A DNA stretch of 64,000 nucleotides from Octopus sinensis (Eukaryota), in the NCBI RefSeq assembly GCF_006345805.1, contig NC_043001.1:126480001-126544000 (forward strand). The letters run 5' to 3'. Numbering within the stretch: position 1 is the stretch's first letter; every line of letters begins with the position of its first letter. The position numbers and the translations under genes are program-made. Positions 26,323 through 39,600 of this stretch are shown in pieces. The notes beneath the pieces were generated by a model. It saw only the letters and a program-made list of their open reading frames with translations. It did no database searches and was not told where the DNA came from.

Positions 26323-26595
26323 CTATTGTAAAGCAGCAATATGAATACTGTTCAAGGTATTTTCTGGCTTACTTAGTTATAGAAATATAACATTTATATC
26401 AGTTATTTTGGTAGCCATTTTGTTATAGTTGCATACAAGAGTAATCTTTTACCTACGAAGAGAGTAAATGGTTGATTGCTATCTAAGTGAATGACAAACT
26501 AGAAATTTGTTGTAATGTCTAGACTAATTTACATCTTCAGCATTTCACGGTGACCTGATTAAGTAATATGTATTTTTTATATTTATGTACAATAC

Positions 26596-26753
26596 AGGCG
26601 CCGGCATGACTGCATACTTAAGAAACTCACTTTGCAACGATTTGGATTCGAATTCAGTCCCATTGTGCGACACTTTGTCTATATTATCCCAGCCTGATAA
26701 TCCCTTGGAAGTAATTTGGAAATTTGGCCAACGGAAGCCGTGTAGAAGCCCGT

Positions 26754-26827
<74 letters not shown>

Positions 26828-27087
26828 CAACACACACACCATCATGTAGCATCCTCTTTCCATGCTGGCATGAATTAGACGATTTGATTGGAACTGGTAA
26901 GCCAGAGAGCATGATGAAGTCCCAGTCTGTTTTTGGCATGGTTTCTACGGTTGGATGCCCTTCCTAACGCCAATCACTCAAAGAGTGCAATGGATGCTCT
27001 TTATGTGCCATCGGCACGGGGGACCAGTTACGTGACGCCAACATCGGTCATGAATACGATTTCACTTGGCTTCATGAGCACACTCAT
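26596..27087 (+). mobile_element. Composite SINE: family A-like head, (CA)n, and a different 3' tail
   Basis: Head GGCGCCGGCATGACTG...GAATTCAGTCCC...GAAGCCCGTC; tail CCATGCTGGCATG...GGTTTCTACGGTTGGATGCCCTTCCTAACGCCAA. Confidence 0.7.
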
Positions 27088-27094
27088 ATATATA

Positions 27095-27214
<120 letters not shown>

Positions 27215-27548
27215 TATTTGTTAGATCGACACATGGTCTAACGCTCTGTGCATCTAGAATTAGCAAAGGCGTCCCGCTGACGAACCTTGCCTTGGCAAAC
27301 ATATTCTGTCTGTTTTGCTAGAAAGAAGTAGAAACTGATCAGTCCGGGATATATCGTTAATGGTAAATGTTTTTGATTTTCACTCTCGATGAATTTATCC
27401 CTTTTTGTGTCTCTAGCACTGGGCTTCTTTATTTGGGAGCCCTTAATTATATTTCTATATGAATAATATTTTGTCTAATGACTAATTCGTCTTTTGTGCT
27501 AGGCCACTGGTAATAATAATCTATGTTATTACCCTTTTTGATTATATT

Positions 27549-27613
<65 letters not shown>

Positions 27614-27668
27614 CGAGTGTGCTCGTCAAGCTAAGTGAAATCGTAGTCAAGACCGATGCCGATGTCAC

Positions 27669-27705
<37 letters not shown>

Positions 27706-27749
27706 TGTGCATATGTCTATGTGTATGTGTGCGTAGTTTTATGCTTGTT

Positions 27750-27947
27750 TTTGTCCTCTACCTACCGCTTGACACCCAGTTTTGGATTGTTTACGACTCC
27801 GTAACTTAGCGGTTCTGCTAAAGAGACAAAGAGAATTAGAACCAGACATAAAAATAATTCCTCGGGCCAATTTATTCAACTAAACCTTTCAAGGCAGTGT
27901 CTCCAGCATAACCGAAGTCTAATGACAAAAACAAGTAAAAGATAAAA
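27750..27947 (+). mobile_element. SINE family A-related 3' portion
   Basis: CCGTAACTTAGCGGTTC...CCAGCAT...ACAAGTAAAAGATAAAA. Confidence 0.7.
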
Positions 27948-28039
27948 AGCTATGTTAGCAAATTTAAAATAAAACTAACGAAGTTAAACAACTAAATTGA
28001 AATTTTCTCTAAATAGTTATTTTACTCTAGGCACGAAGC

Positions 28040-28598
28040 CCAAAATTCTTGGGGAGCGAGCCAGTCGAATTAGATCAATTCCAGTACGCAACTGGTGGTT
28101 AATTTATCAATCCCGAAAGGATGAAAGACAAAGTCCACCTCGGCGGAATTTGAACTTAGAACGTAGCGGCAGACGAAATACCTATTTCTTTACAACCAAC
28201 AAGGGGCTAAACACAGAGAGAACAAACAAGGACAGGCAAACGGATTAAATCGATTATATCGACTCCAGTGCGTAACTGGTACTTATTTAATCGACCCTGA
28301 AAGAATGAAAGGCAAAGTCGACCTCGGCGGAATTTGAACATAGAACGTAGCGGCATACGAAATACCTATTTCTTTATTGCCCACAAGGGGCTAAACACAG
28401 AGAGGACAAACGAGGACAGACAAACGTATTAGTCGATTATATTGACCCCAGTGCGTAACTGGTTCTTAATTTACCGACCCCGAAAGGATGAAAAGCAAAG
28501 TCGACCTCGGTGGAATTTGAACTCAGAACGTAACGGCAGACGAAATACAACTACACATTTCACCCAGCGTACTAACGTTTCTGCCAGCTCGCCGCCTT
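28040..28598 (-). mobile_element. SINE family B carrying an internal tandem triplication of a ~184-bp unit
   Basis: CGG(C/T)GGAATTTGAAC recurs at 28141, 28325 and 28508. A single head (GGCGGCGAGCTGGCAGAAACGTTAG) sits at the right end. Confidence 0.9.
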
Positions 28599-29124
28599 AG
28601 ATAGTTATGAACATATCTTGTCATCAATTCTTATACAGAAACATAAAGCTGTTTGCTTTAGCATGCTGCAGGCCTTCATTACTATTCATCAAAAATCACA
28701 TTGCTATTCAAATGAATAAGATAATATTTAACAGTAAACAAAAAATATTTTGAGCCACTTATTAACTAAAAACATATGACTTCAGCACAATGACAGGGCA
28801 ATTTAGATAATTGCATAGCATTTACGTATGAAAAAAAAGTTTAATTCATTATTTTAAACAAAAACAAGGAAAATGATACACGAATATTAAATCATGCATG
28901 TTTTGAAAATTAGCTAATTTTCTTTCTTTTCCCTTTATAGAAACACAAAAGTCATTTTTACTTTTGTTTACAAAACAATAAGGTGCAATATTTTATAGCT
29001 GTTTTTTAATTACATTTTACTTAATGAATGTTATAACAATTTGAAACATAAGATTTTGAATTTATGTATTCATTCGCACATATTCATTCGCACATTTATG
29101 TATTCATTCGCACATATGCATGTA

Positions 29125-29201
<77 letters not shown>

Positions 29202-29214
29202 GTCTATCTATCTA

Positions 29215-29251
<37 letters not shown>

Positions 29252-29280
29252 ATCTATCTGTCTATCTGTCTGTCTGTTGA

Positions 29281-29313
<33 letters not shown>

Positions 29314-29316
29314 ATA

Positions 29317-29377
<61 letters not shown>

Positions 29378-29386
29378 TACAATACA

Positions 29387-29422
<36 letters not shown>

Positions 29423-29636
29423 GCACACGTATCAATATATATATGTACGTATGAAACTAAGATGTTAAAATGTTGTGTACACACCAGCATTGATATATGT
29501 ATGTGTGTGTATGTGTGTGTGTGTGTGTGAGAGTGTGTGTGTGATGTGATGCATGTTGGTATGTTGTGCGTTCTTCTCGCTTGCGCGCATGTGTGTATTT
29601 ATGTATTTATGTATATGAATGTAAGATTGTAAACTC

Positions 29637-29679
<43 letters not shown>

Positions 29680-29683
<4 letters not shown>

Positions 29684-29711
29684 ACTTTGCAGCCATAGAC
29701 TATTTCATATA

Positions 29712-29759
<48 letters not shown>

Positions 29760-29782
29760 GAGTATATGACTGCAAAGTGTTT
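29680..29782. repeat. ~32-bp inverted repeat flanking (TA)n
   Basis: AAACACTTTGCAGCCATAGACTATTTCATAT vs ATATGAAATGAGTATATGACTGCAAAGTGTTT. Confidence 0.75.
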
Positions 29783-29992
29783 ATTAATATAACCTATGCG
29801 TATTATAGTACCCCGCCCTAATATGGCATTCGTTTACATAGGATATGTGTTCTCACATCTCGTGTTCTGCGATAAAATCTATCTGGGTTTCTGGACTACT
29901 GTATATGCATGTGCGTGCGCGTGATTGCTTGTCAACGTATGTGAATGCATATTTATATATATATGTATGTATACATCAATATCCATATATAC

Positions 29993-30048
<56 letters not shown>

Positions 30049-30078
30049 GTATATATGTATGTGTGTGAGTAAGTATGA

Positions 30079-30110
<32 letters not shown>

Positions 30111-30649
30111 TATATATTTATATATCTACATGAATATACATATATGCATATATATAAATATTTTATATACATATATATATATAATGGGTGTATATATATA
30201 TATATATACACGCGTGCGTATGTCTGTCTTTATTCGTACGTACACTCATACAGCCACTTAAGGTAGATATGTGAGATTATGCATTTTTATCCAATTAATA
30301 TCCATTTTTTTATCAACTTTAAGCAAATTTTCAAGAACAGTATTATATATTTTTATATTTATCATTGTCTCTTAATTTGATTACATTTTAAAACAAGAGC
30401 GGTATAGAAGCAAGAATTTATTTGCATTGAATAAATTTTGTATTTTATTCATATTGAAAAAACAAGCTGACAGCTGTAATAGCTTTTAGAGTTTTTCATT
30501 TATAACACCTTGATATATTTTCAATAAATATTTATAAATATTTGAATTTTATGTCTTTTCTAAATTGATATAAAAAATTTATTTAATTATATAATTTTCA
30601 TTATATATTAATTAAATATATGATAAATGTTTAATCGGAATTATATTTA

Positions 30650-30996
30650 CTTAGGTGTTGGTATGTGATTATGATGCTCGCTGCTTTGCTATCTCGCGGT
30701 TTAGGATTCAAATCTATTGCATAGCACATTAGGCAAGTGTCTTCTACTATAATCCCAGGCCGAATAATACATACGTGCATACATACGTGTCCAAGTTTGT
30801 CCTCCACCACCGCTTTACAACCGATACTGGTGTGTCTACGTCCCCCTAAATTAGCAGTTCCGTAAAAGCGTTCGATAGAATAAGTATCAGGTTTAAAACA
30901 AGATACTGGTGTCGATACATTAGCTGAAAATTCTTCAAGGCGATGTTCCAGCATGGCCGCAGTACAATGACTAAAACAAATAAAAGTTAAAAGATT

Positions 30997-31000
<4 letters not shown>
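30650..31000 (+). mobile_element. Degenerate SINE family A-related copy
   Basis: GGCAAGTGTCTTCTACTATA...CCAGCATGGCCGCAGT...AAACAAATAAAAG. Confidence 0.75.
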
Positions 31001-31032
<32 letters not shown>

Positions 31033-31056
31033 ACACACCACATACACACCACACAC

Positions 31057-31190
31057 AAACCTGTCGAAGAGCGTAGGCTCGAAACGTAAAATACTTTTTT
31101 CTAATCCTGAGCGCTATACTAATACATTTGTTTGTTTGTACTCCACCTGCCTTCGTCTTTTGTTTATTTTCGTAAACTTTCCCGTTATAT
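31057..31190 (+). mobile_element. Short repeat with a variant hammerhead-like motif
   Basis: CTGTCGA-A-GAGC-GTAG-GCTC-GAAAC-GTA at 31061-31088; same architecture as 52517-52543. Confidence 0.5.
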
Positions 31191-31554
31191 ATATAAAGAG
31201 ATAGAGAGGAGGAGAGAGATATGGGCAGATAAAAAGGGAGCCAGATTGTGAGGGAGAGTGAAAAGTGATCAGGTTGTTCTTACAATTACTCGTAATAGAA
31301 ATGAATGAAAATTTATTTAAATTAGAAATTTATGGAAGGTACTAGAATATTCAATGCTGGATATCGACCGAGGGTTTTGCTCTTAGATAAATGTCTTCAG
31401 AAGTAGCCTGATGAAACTGCATCAGGCTGAAGTTTTTCGTTATTGTGTGGCATTGGTCATTGTAATTCCATATAAACACAGAGATATGTACATATGTACG
31501 TAGTTATATGCATACAAAGAAATGGATTGGGAGAAGGAAAAAAAACAGAAAGGG

Positions 31555-31640
31555 AAGAAGAAGAAGAAGAAGAAGAAGAAGAAGAAGAAGAAGAAGAAGA
31601 AGAGAAGAAGAAGAAGAAGAAGAAGAGAAGAAGAAGAAGA
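31555..31640. repeat. (GAA)n microsatellite
   Basis: Directly visible. Confidence 0.95.
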
Positions 31641-32279
31641 AAGATGTGAGTGTTACAGCCGATTTTCTAGACCGCGCCACAAATGTTCACAAAATATATA
31701 GATTGATATACGTTTGTGCGTGTGTGTGCGGGTATGTGTGTGCATGTATGTATACACACCTACACATATACATATATGCATCAGGCGCAATTTATTTAAA
31801 ATAGCTCGAATTTCACTACAGCTTATTCCCAGAAACTAAATTTTTGCATTCCTGCATTCTCCGTTACTTATTTGTCTCGAACTAATGTATTTGAATATTT
31901 GACACAAATCAAACTGTAAAATAATCACTTCTCAGCTATTCCTAATATGCCCTGTATTCGTATTTAAATTCCTTCAGTGCAATGGCCAGCCTTTTTAATT
32001 TTTCTTTTTAAATCTACTTTTATTTGATCTGTTGCTCTAAATCTTGGAGCCAAAGGAAAGACTGAAGGTAGTGCACGATATTGGATTGTAACAGCACCCA
32101 TATTCCCTGTTCAATCCCATTGCAAATCGGTTAGTTTTCAAATTTCTCAGACATGGAGTTGTTTTCAATCAATTTTCCCTTGCATTTTTTTTTCACCTTC
32201 TATATGATCTTTCTGAATCAACAAAAGCCCCATCAGTCTCATTCGCCCGAGAATACCCAAGAGGGCATTGGGCAATAAG

Positions 32280-32820
32280 TAATTCGTAAAAAAATTATTT
32301 AGTATACATTATTTGTACTTCATTACATATTTCCATCGAGGTCGAGACATAGTTGCCCTCCGGGTGGTTGGCATTGAGCCATGGTAAGACGTGGTGCCTC
32401 AGTGTCTTCTAGAAGACATAAGCACCCACTTTTTCTCTGGGTGTGTAGAAGTAGATGGGCATCTTTCTTCCATCGGAGGTCACAACACCGAAGGCCATGA
32501 TCTGGGCTGGATGTCTTGTTCTGAAGGTGGCATTGACGTCAGCTGTTGACTCCGCAATATATCATTCGTTTCTGTGGTTCTCAACGGCATCCACAGAGAT
32601 ATCGTCAGAGAACTTTTCGCAGTCGGACCGTTCTCCTTGAAGTGTATGAGAACCTTTTTCCACCTGTCCAGTCTCCTGGTCTTCATAGGTTCTGTCAGCA
32701 GTTGTCTCGGTGTCCTGGTGTAGAACTTTAAGTCCAAGTCATCATTCACAGCTGTTCTGATGGTCTCGGGTTCCACTTCAAGTTCAAAAGCCAGCTTCTT
32801 CATGGATGTTGTTGGGTGAT
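32280..32820 (-). mobile_element. maT/DD37D-like transposase fragment with internal deletion
   Basis: TSMKKLAFELEVEPETIRTAVNDDLDLKFYTRTPRQLLT...RRLDRWKKVL; KHPAQIMAFGVVTSDGRKMP; EGNYV then a jump to the element end. Confidence 0.8.
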
Positions 32821-33273
32821 GGAATATTTATCGATACGGTTGTACATTGGATTAATGTGTTTGAAAGTTGTGGTTTCTTTGGTTTGTTTGTTTATTTCCA
32901 AACAACGCTTATTTTAGTGGTATTGACACCGCCGGATTGAATGGTACTGCCCAAGAGTCGAAACCATAATGATATCCGTGGGGCAGCCGATGATGAAGGT
33001 ATGTTGGATTGTTGGCATAGCTGCTTTTGTTTATGTGGAGTAGTATTATTGGATTGTTGGGCTCTAGAATTTTAGGTTGTGCAATGGTCAGTAAGGTGAC
33101 TAGCCAATCCTCGTTTGCGTGGGAGGGCACCGCAGCGAGCATGGAAAAAGTGCGGACGCGGACCGGGGTGAAGCCGACTGCTTGTGCAATTGCCTCATGA
33201 TTGAGCATTGCAAACATTTTTGCATTGGCTGTGGTCAGTGACGGTCTTCCTCGGTCACGAGTGAACCGCCATC

Positions 33274-33320
<47 letters not shown>

Positions 33321-34440
33321 CGTACGTGCGCGTGTATCTGAATTATATATACTCATGTAAGGGATGTATAGTTTCACAAATCACACATACATATACACAC
33401 TCACTCACACACACACACACCACACACACACACACATAAGCACACGCACATGCACACGTGCACAAACACATATACACATAGTCATGACTTATAGATAAGT
33501 TTTGTCCGTCTAAGTATATATGCATATTGTTATGTATATATAATACATATATACATACATTTATATACATTCTTACATACATTTACACACATATACATTC
33601 TTACATACATTTACACACATATACATTCTTACATACATATATCTGCATACAAAAGCTTACATATGAATATGTTTTATCGTTTCACTGTTACATACATTAA
33701 TACACTCGTACACACATACGCTTAACAGACATAAATGCATGCATCTGTCAATATGTAAGTATGTCTGTTCAGGTATAAAAGTCATCAAGTAATTCATTGT
33801 ATGTGTCAAACGTAAAGAAAGTTCACAGTTCAAATGGCGTTCACGATGTGAGTTTAACACTAACATGGGACCCGAAACCAGACATCCGACATTCCTCTTG
33901 TGCGTCATAACTCAGCGTAGATAGCTATTAACACGTGATGTCATTTACACCGTTTCAAAGGCCGGATAGTTCATTAAATGGAGGATGGCACTGGTTGTAG
34001 CGTATAAATTGATAAAATAACATTAATTTTGTATGTTTGTCAGTGCTTTGCACGTCTGTGTGCACCTTGTGTGTGCGTATACACGCTAGTGCGTGTGTAA
34101 TTGTAGAATTAGCCGTAGTTGTTGGCAAAATTGTTGAAGTGATATTTTAAATCGTTGGGAGAGTAAATTGTTGTTTGATAGTATGCATATAAATCCAGCC
34201 ATGGCTTGATATTTTTTCTTTTCTTTTTTTCCAAGTATCGATCAATAAAGCATAAAGTAAGGTCAAGTACCAGGTCGATTGAAGTGACAAAATATTTGTG
34301 GCTTTGCTTTGAGTCAATGTTAAGAACCAATATTTGCTACATCAGTGTGTGTGTGTGTTTGTGTTTGTATTTATTTGTGTGTATGTGTGTGAAAATGTGC
34401 GTGTGTGTGTGTGTGTGTTCTTATTATTTAGTCTCGTATT

Positions 34441-34660
34441 AGGCGGTGAGCTGGAAAAATAGACTCTGCACCGGACGAAATGCTTAGCGGAATTTCACCA
34501 GTCTTGACGTTCTGAGTTCAAATTCCGCCGATGTCGACTTTGCCTTCCTCTTTCTGAGTCAATAAAATAAGTACCAGTTGCCGACTTGGGTCTATGGGAT
34601 AAACTAGCTTCCTCCTGCTCCTCCAAATTGTCAAGCCTTTTGTCTATAGTGAAATAGATT
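34441..34660 (+). mobile_element. SINE family B
   Basis: GGCGGTGAGCTGG...GAGTTCAAATTCCGCCGATGTCGACTTTGCC...AATAAGTACCAG. Confidence 0.85.
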
Positions 34661-35004
34661 ATATAGGCCCCCTGTTAGTCCCACGGAGCAAAATTATTCT
34701 AGCCATGGCAATCCCATCCAACAACTGAGAATTGTATACTCATGACTATACTATCCAATGCGTTCCGAGGGAAATTCGCTTGGTAATTCTATCAAGTTCA
34801 GCTACCACCAAATAGAAACTCTTTCAATTAGTTGTGGAGGTTCTGAGAGGTGGTTCTGTTAGTTGTGAGACAAAAGTAGCAATTTTGATGGGAGGGGCAG
34901 TCGTTGATACCTTATTTTATCGACGTAAAGTTGTTCTCGACAGGATTTGAACACAGGACCCAAAAGAGGTGTACCGAAAACGCAACAGCAACAACAACAA
35001 CAAC

Positions 35005-35041
<37 letters not shown>

Positions 35042-35060
35042 TATATATATATATATATAT

Positions 35061-36689
35061 AGATCAATAAATGGTGGGGTTGTGTTGACCGCACGTGGAG
35101 AAATAAGTAAGGAAAAAATTTTTTAAAAATGCAGAATGCTCAAATGAAAGAACATTTTAATAAAATGAGAAATTGATAAAATATATAAATATATATTTAT
35201 TCAACCGGTTTTCGTCATTGTATGACTTGTCAAGAATATTTATGTTTTAAAAAGTTTTTTTTTAAATTAGAAGGGGGAAAAAAAGAAAATTGCATTGTTT
35301 TTTGTAAAAGAATAATGATAAAAATGTACAAAAATTAAAAAATAAATTCTCCGATACATTGTGAGTTCGTTGTGTATCTTGAGTTTTATGGTTGTTTACG
35401 AAAAAATTACCTTGAGGTGTTAAGATCCAAAGGGATTAAGAGCATGTGTTGTGTTGTTAAATTCAGCATGTTTGCAGGACAGGAAGTAGTAGTAATTGTG
35501 GTCCTGGTTCTTCAGTTCCTGTGTTGTGAGTAAGGGGAGACAACTCTTTTGAGTTCTTCAATAAAACCCAAATTATAAAATTATCATTTTAGCTTCATTT
35601 GCGTTATCTTTTTTATATAATTGCTTGTTAACTTAACTTTCAGATTTTAACACTTTATTTATATTATTTTCTAATTTATAAATCTGCATAGACAGTTGCA
35701 TTTCAAATTGTCATATCATTTATAATAAAAATGATAGTAATAACAACAATAGTAAAAATGATATTTAAAGAATATAAGTTTTAGCTTGAAGTGATGAATG
35801 CATGGTATCTTTATATATTGTGTTAGTCCATCCATGAAGAGTGAGGTAGAGAAGGAAGTTTGATCAACGAGGAGTTTGCAATTAGTTGTGTTTGGAATTT
35901 TTCAAAAAGAGATTCTCTTGTTAATTCTCTCCTGTGTGGTGATCCCGTCTTACATGGTAGAAGGGGAATATATAGAATTTGGGGTTTAAGTCTTTAGCAC
36001 ATGAGTCTAGTGGTCACTCAGTGGAATTTGTCGTATTCCGGGAGATTTATTGTTCTTTATGCACCGTTACTCGTTTACGTAACGGGAGACTCGTTTGGTC
36101 AACATAATTATGTTGGCAACCAGCGCATGTGAGAACGTAGATAAGGTTCTCGGAGGAACAGGAGAAGTTAGTTGATTTTAAACTTCGTACCTTGTTTGAA
36201 GGTAAATTCAGAGCCTTCAAGTAGAAAGGGGCAGGTACCACAGTTTGAGCGTGCACATTTTTTTACTGTTGGGGGTGGATGTGGTTGTGTGAAGTTTGGC
36301 ATTTGTCAAGAGTTTTTTAAGATTTGTGTTGCCTTTTGCATTTGAGGATTTTGTGTGTATTTATAATGTTTTTCATTTTTGGGTCTGTTGGCAGTAGGCT
36401 GAGGTTTTGTATGATTGTGGTGTATGCTTCGATATTTTTGGGGTTGTGGGTGAAAATGTTAATTTTTGTACATTTTTATCATTATTCTTTTACAAAAAAC
36501 AATGCAATTTTCTTTTTTTCCCCTTTCTGATTTAAAAAAAAACTTTTTAAAACATAAATATTCCTAGCAAGTCATACAATGACGAAAACCGGTTGAATAA
36601 ATATATATTTATATATTTTATCAATTTCTCATTTTATTAAAATGTTCTTTCATTTGAGCATTCTGCATTTTTAAAAAAATTTTTCCTTA

Positions 36690-36694
<5 letters not shown>
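35061..36694 (-). mobile_element. 5'-truncated Penelope-like retroelement (RT-EN linker plus GIY-YIG endonuclease) flanked by ~235-bp inverted pLTR-like repeats
   Basis: KKCARSNCGTCP linker; NFSCSSENLIYVLTCAGCQHNYVDQT...LRKRVTVHKEQ; PLSDHLDSCAKDLNPKFYIFPFY. 35103-35338 is the reverse complement of 36459-36694. (TA)n lies on both sides. Confidence 0.9.
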
Positions 36695-36739
<45 letters not shown>

Positions 36740-36741
<2 letters not shown>

Positions 36742-36955
36742 CTGTCGCTTACGACGACAAGTGTTCTAATTGATCCGGAACAAGTCTGCTCGTGAAATTC
36801 ATGTGCAAGTGGCTGAGCATTCCACAGACACGCGTATCCTTAATGAGATTCAGTGTGCCTAGGTTGGCACTTTGAAATACAGGTACTACTCATTTTTGCC
36901 AGCTGAGCTAACTGGAGCGACGTGAAATAAAGTATCTTGCTCAGGAACACAACGC
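36740..36955 (-). mobile_element. SINE family C-related fragment
   Basis: TACTACTCATTTTTGCCAGCTGAG...GTGAAATAAAGTATCTTGCTCAGGAACACAACGC. Confidence 0.7.
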
Positions 36956-37127
36956 CGAGAATAATAACTATATTAAAACTGCTTATACCAAAGAGAATGA
37001 GACGTCGAACTGGAAGTCAAATCCCACCCAGATCAAGTTTGCCTTCGGTGTTGCTAAATATAGTCGATTAATAGGATCATTTGATCTCTCTCGATTACTC
37101 AGATTCTCCACTTGATAATATCATATA

Positions 37128-37516
37128 GGCTGTGTGGTAAGAAGTTTGCTTTCTAACTCCATGTTTTCAGGTTCAGTCCCACCGCATCGCACCTTGGGCA
37201 AGTGTCTTCTACTGTAGCCTCGGGTTGATCAAAGCCTTGTGAGTAGATTTGGTATACGGAAACTGAAAAATGCCCGTCGCCTTATATACGCGCGCGCGTG
37301 TGTGTGTATGTGTCTCCGTTACCATCGCATCACAACCGGTGTAGGTTTGTTTAAGACCCCCGTAACTTAGCGGTTCAGCAAAAGATAACGATAGTATAAA
37401 TACCAGACTTTGAAAAATAAGTCCTGGGGGGCGGGTCGATTCATTCGACTAAAATTCTTCAAGGTGGTGCCCCAGCATGGCCGCAGTCTAATGACTGAAG
37501 CAAGTAAAAGATAAAA
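37128..37516 (+). mobile_element. SINE family A-related, near full length
   Basis: GGCTGTGTGGTAAGAAGTTTGC...GGTTCAGTCCCACC...CCAGCATGGCCGCAGTC...AAGTAAAAGATAAAA. Confidence 0.85.
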
Positions 37517-37574
37517 CATATGAAATTCAGAAAGTCCAGTTTTGCCCTATAGAGTCACAGCTATGTCAGTCTAT

Positions 37575-37976
37575 TGTATACCTATTTCTTTACTACCCAC
37601 AAGGGGCTAAACACAGAGAGGACAAACAAGGCCAGACAAACGGATTAAATCGATTGTATCGACCCCAGTGCGTAACTGGTACTTATTTAATCGACCCCGA
37701 AAGGATGAACTTAGAACGTAGCGGCAGACGAAATACCTATTTCTTTATTGCCCACAAGAGGCTAAACACAGAGAGGACAAACAAGGACAGACACACGGAT
37801 TAAGTCGATTATATCGACTCCAGTGCGTAACTGGTAGTTATTTAATCGACCTCGAAAGGATGAAAGGCAAAGTCGACCTCGGCGGAATTTGAACTCAGAA
37901 TGTAACGGCAGACGAAATACAGCATTGCATTTCGCTTCGCCCGGCGTGCTAACGTTTCTGCCAGCTCGCCGCCTTA
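37575..37976 (-). mobile_element. SINE family B with tandem internal units (one unit partly deleted)
   Basis: Same architecture as 28040-28598. About 30 bp is deleted at a TGAA microhomology near 37707. Confidence 0.9.
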
Positions 37977-38068
37977 TTGTATACCGTCGCATATGGGTGA
38001 TAAGAAATCAGGTTGGTTCGTTAACTTGAGGAAAAGAAGTTCGATTGATTGAACCACTGAATATTCAC

Positions 38069-38240
38069 CGTCGAAACTGGGGTAGGGGTGGGGGCATATA
38101 TGAGTATATTGACCGAACCGATAGTTATGAGATCGGTAATATATATAGAAACATCTAGATGTGTTGTAATGTTTGTTTTGAAGGTATTGAAAACACTTAG
38201 CCGAAGAGGTGTCTTAATCATGGACATTTTTTTTTTACGA
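38069..38240 (-). CDS. Candidate coding exon (172 nt, phase 2 in, phase 0 out), weakly SEA-domain-like
   Basis: Strong acceptor atttcgtcccttgcag|; RKKKMSMIKTPLRLSVFNTFKTNITTHLDVSIYITDLITIGSVNILIYAPTPTPVST|gtgaat. Confidence 0.35.
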
Positions 38241-38766
38241 CTGCAAGGGACGAAATATGGAGGATATTGTGGTGTAGACTGAAATATAAAGTCTGTACGT
38301 GTCTGTGTGTATATTTGTGTATGCGAGTTTATGTCCTTAGGTGTGTTTGTGTGAATGTGTGTGTACGTGTTCGTTTTTCGCCTCGTATGTATCTGTATGT
38401 CTATATGTACATGTGCATGTGTTTATGCGTGCGAGCGTACTAAAGCGTGTGCGAGCGTATGTGTGTGCGTGTATATGTGTATATCTATATGTATGTCCAT
38501 CCTGTATCTATTTTTATATAATTTTCTATAAGTTTTATTGATGATTCGTTCCTAATTAACAGATTGTACAAAATATTCGTACGGTAGGAGCATGTACGAC
38601 ACAAGCATTAGGTTTTCCTACACAAAGTAGACACCTTCTAAAAGTTTTCTTCGTGAGTATCTAAAGCATCAACTCTTACTACACATTTTTCTACATTAAT
38701 TGTTGGCATACTTTATCAGATTGCTTATTTTATGAAGCATTTAATGTTTTTCCTTTGCTTTTGCAG

Positions 38767-39600
38767 ATGTTGTCCATAAAAAAAGCTGTCCGCTTCAGAA
38801 GTTGTCGAAAATATCAACATCGCATCATTTGGGATAAGAACGTGCATTGCAACAACAGGAAGGTGGTTCAAAAAATTCTGATCTGGAAACATGTGCCTGA
38901 ATAATGCACCCCATGGACGCCCTCTATCTTTGGTTGATTAGAAAACATTGAAATGTGCTGCGGAGATTAATCTTAGATCTACTGTTCTAGCTCTTGTCAA
39001 TAAATTAAAGGTCCCTAAGAATCTGTAGGACATCATATTGCACCGGTTATTAAAGTGAAAAAGATGGCTAAATCTGTTCCACTTGAATTAAGCGTTGCAA
39101 ACAAGATGCGTCGTCTGAGAGAGTGTTTTTTTCTTTCTGCGAGAAACGAAAAAGAAATATTTTTGAAAAGATTAATCATCTGTAACAAAAAATGGGTCTT
39201 TTATGACAACAGTAAAATACCTCTTCAAGTGGCTAGATACAGATGAGTCGCTTGAACATGTTTCAAAACCCTCTTTACGCAACACAAAAATTTAAGGTTG
39301 ATACTGTTTGGTGTTGCTATCAAGAAATCATTAAATTTTTCTTTCTGCGGTATAGAGAAAAACAGTAGCACCCCAATCCTACTGCCAGCAAATTGAGCAA
39401 ATGAATTTCAAATTAACCAAGAAAATCCGGCACTGATAAACAGACTCGGGCTTACACTCTTGCATGATAATGCAAGATCCCTCATTGCCGATCAGACCAC
39501 AGCAAAGTTGCAGCAGGTTAATTATGAAATATTGGTTCATCCTCCATATTCTCCAGACTTGTATCATCAGATTATCATTTCTTCCATCATTTTGAGTTTT
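38767..39600 (+). mobile_element. Mariner (DD34D-type) transposase pseudogene
   Basis: SVPLELS...FLKRLIICNKKWVFYDN; KWLDTDES; LLHDNARS...EILVHPPYSPDL. Confidence 0.85.

Noticed and set aside
31405-31428. Palindrome AGCCTGATG-AAACTG-CATCAGGCT containing CTGATGA
   Set aside because: A simple 9-bp hairpin; the core motif is buried in the stem and there is no downstream GAAA-stem III.
35850-36300. Possible selenocysteine (UGA) recoding in the Penelope endonuclease, as reported for some Naiad elements
   Set aside because: The Cys codons I could read in the linker and GIY-YIG region are TGT or TGC, with no in-frame TGA at those positions.
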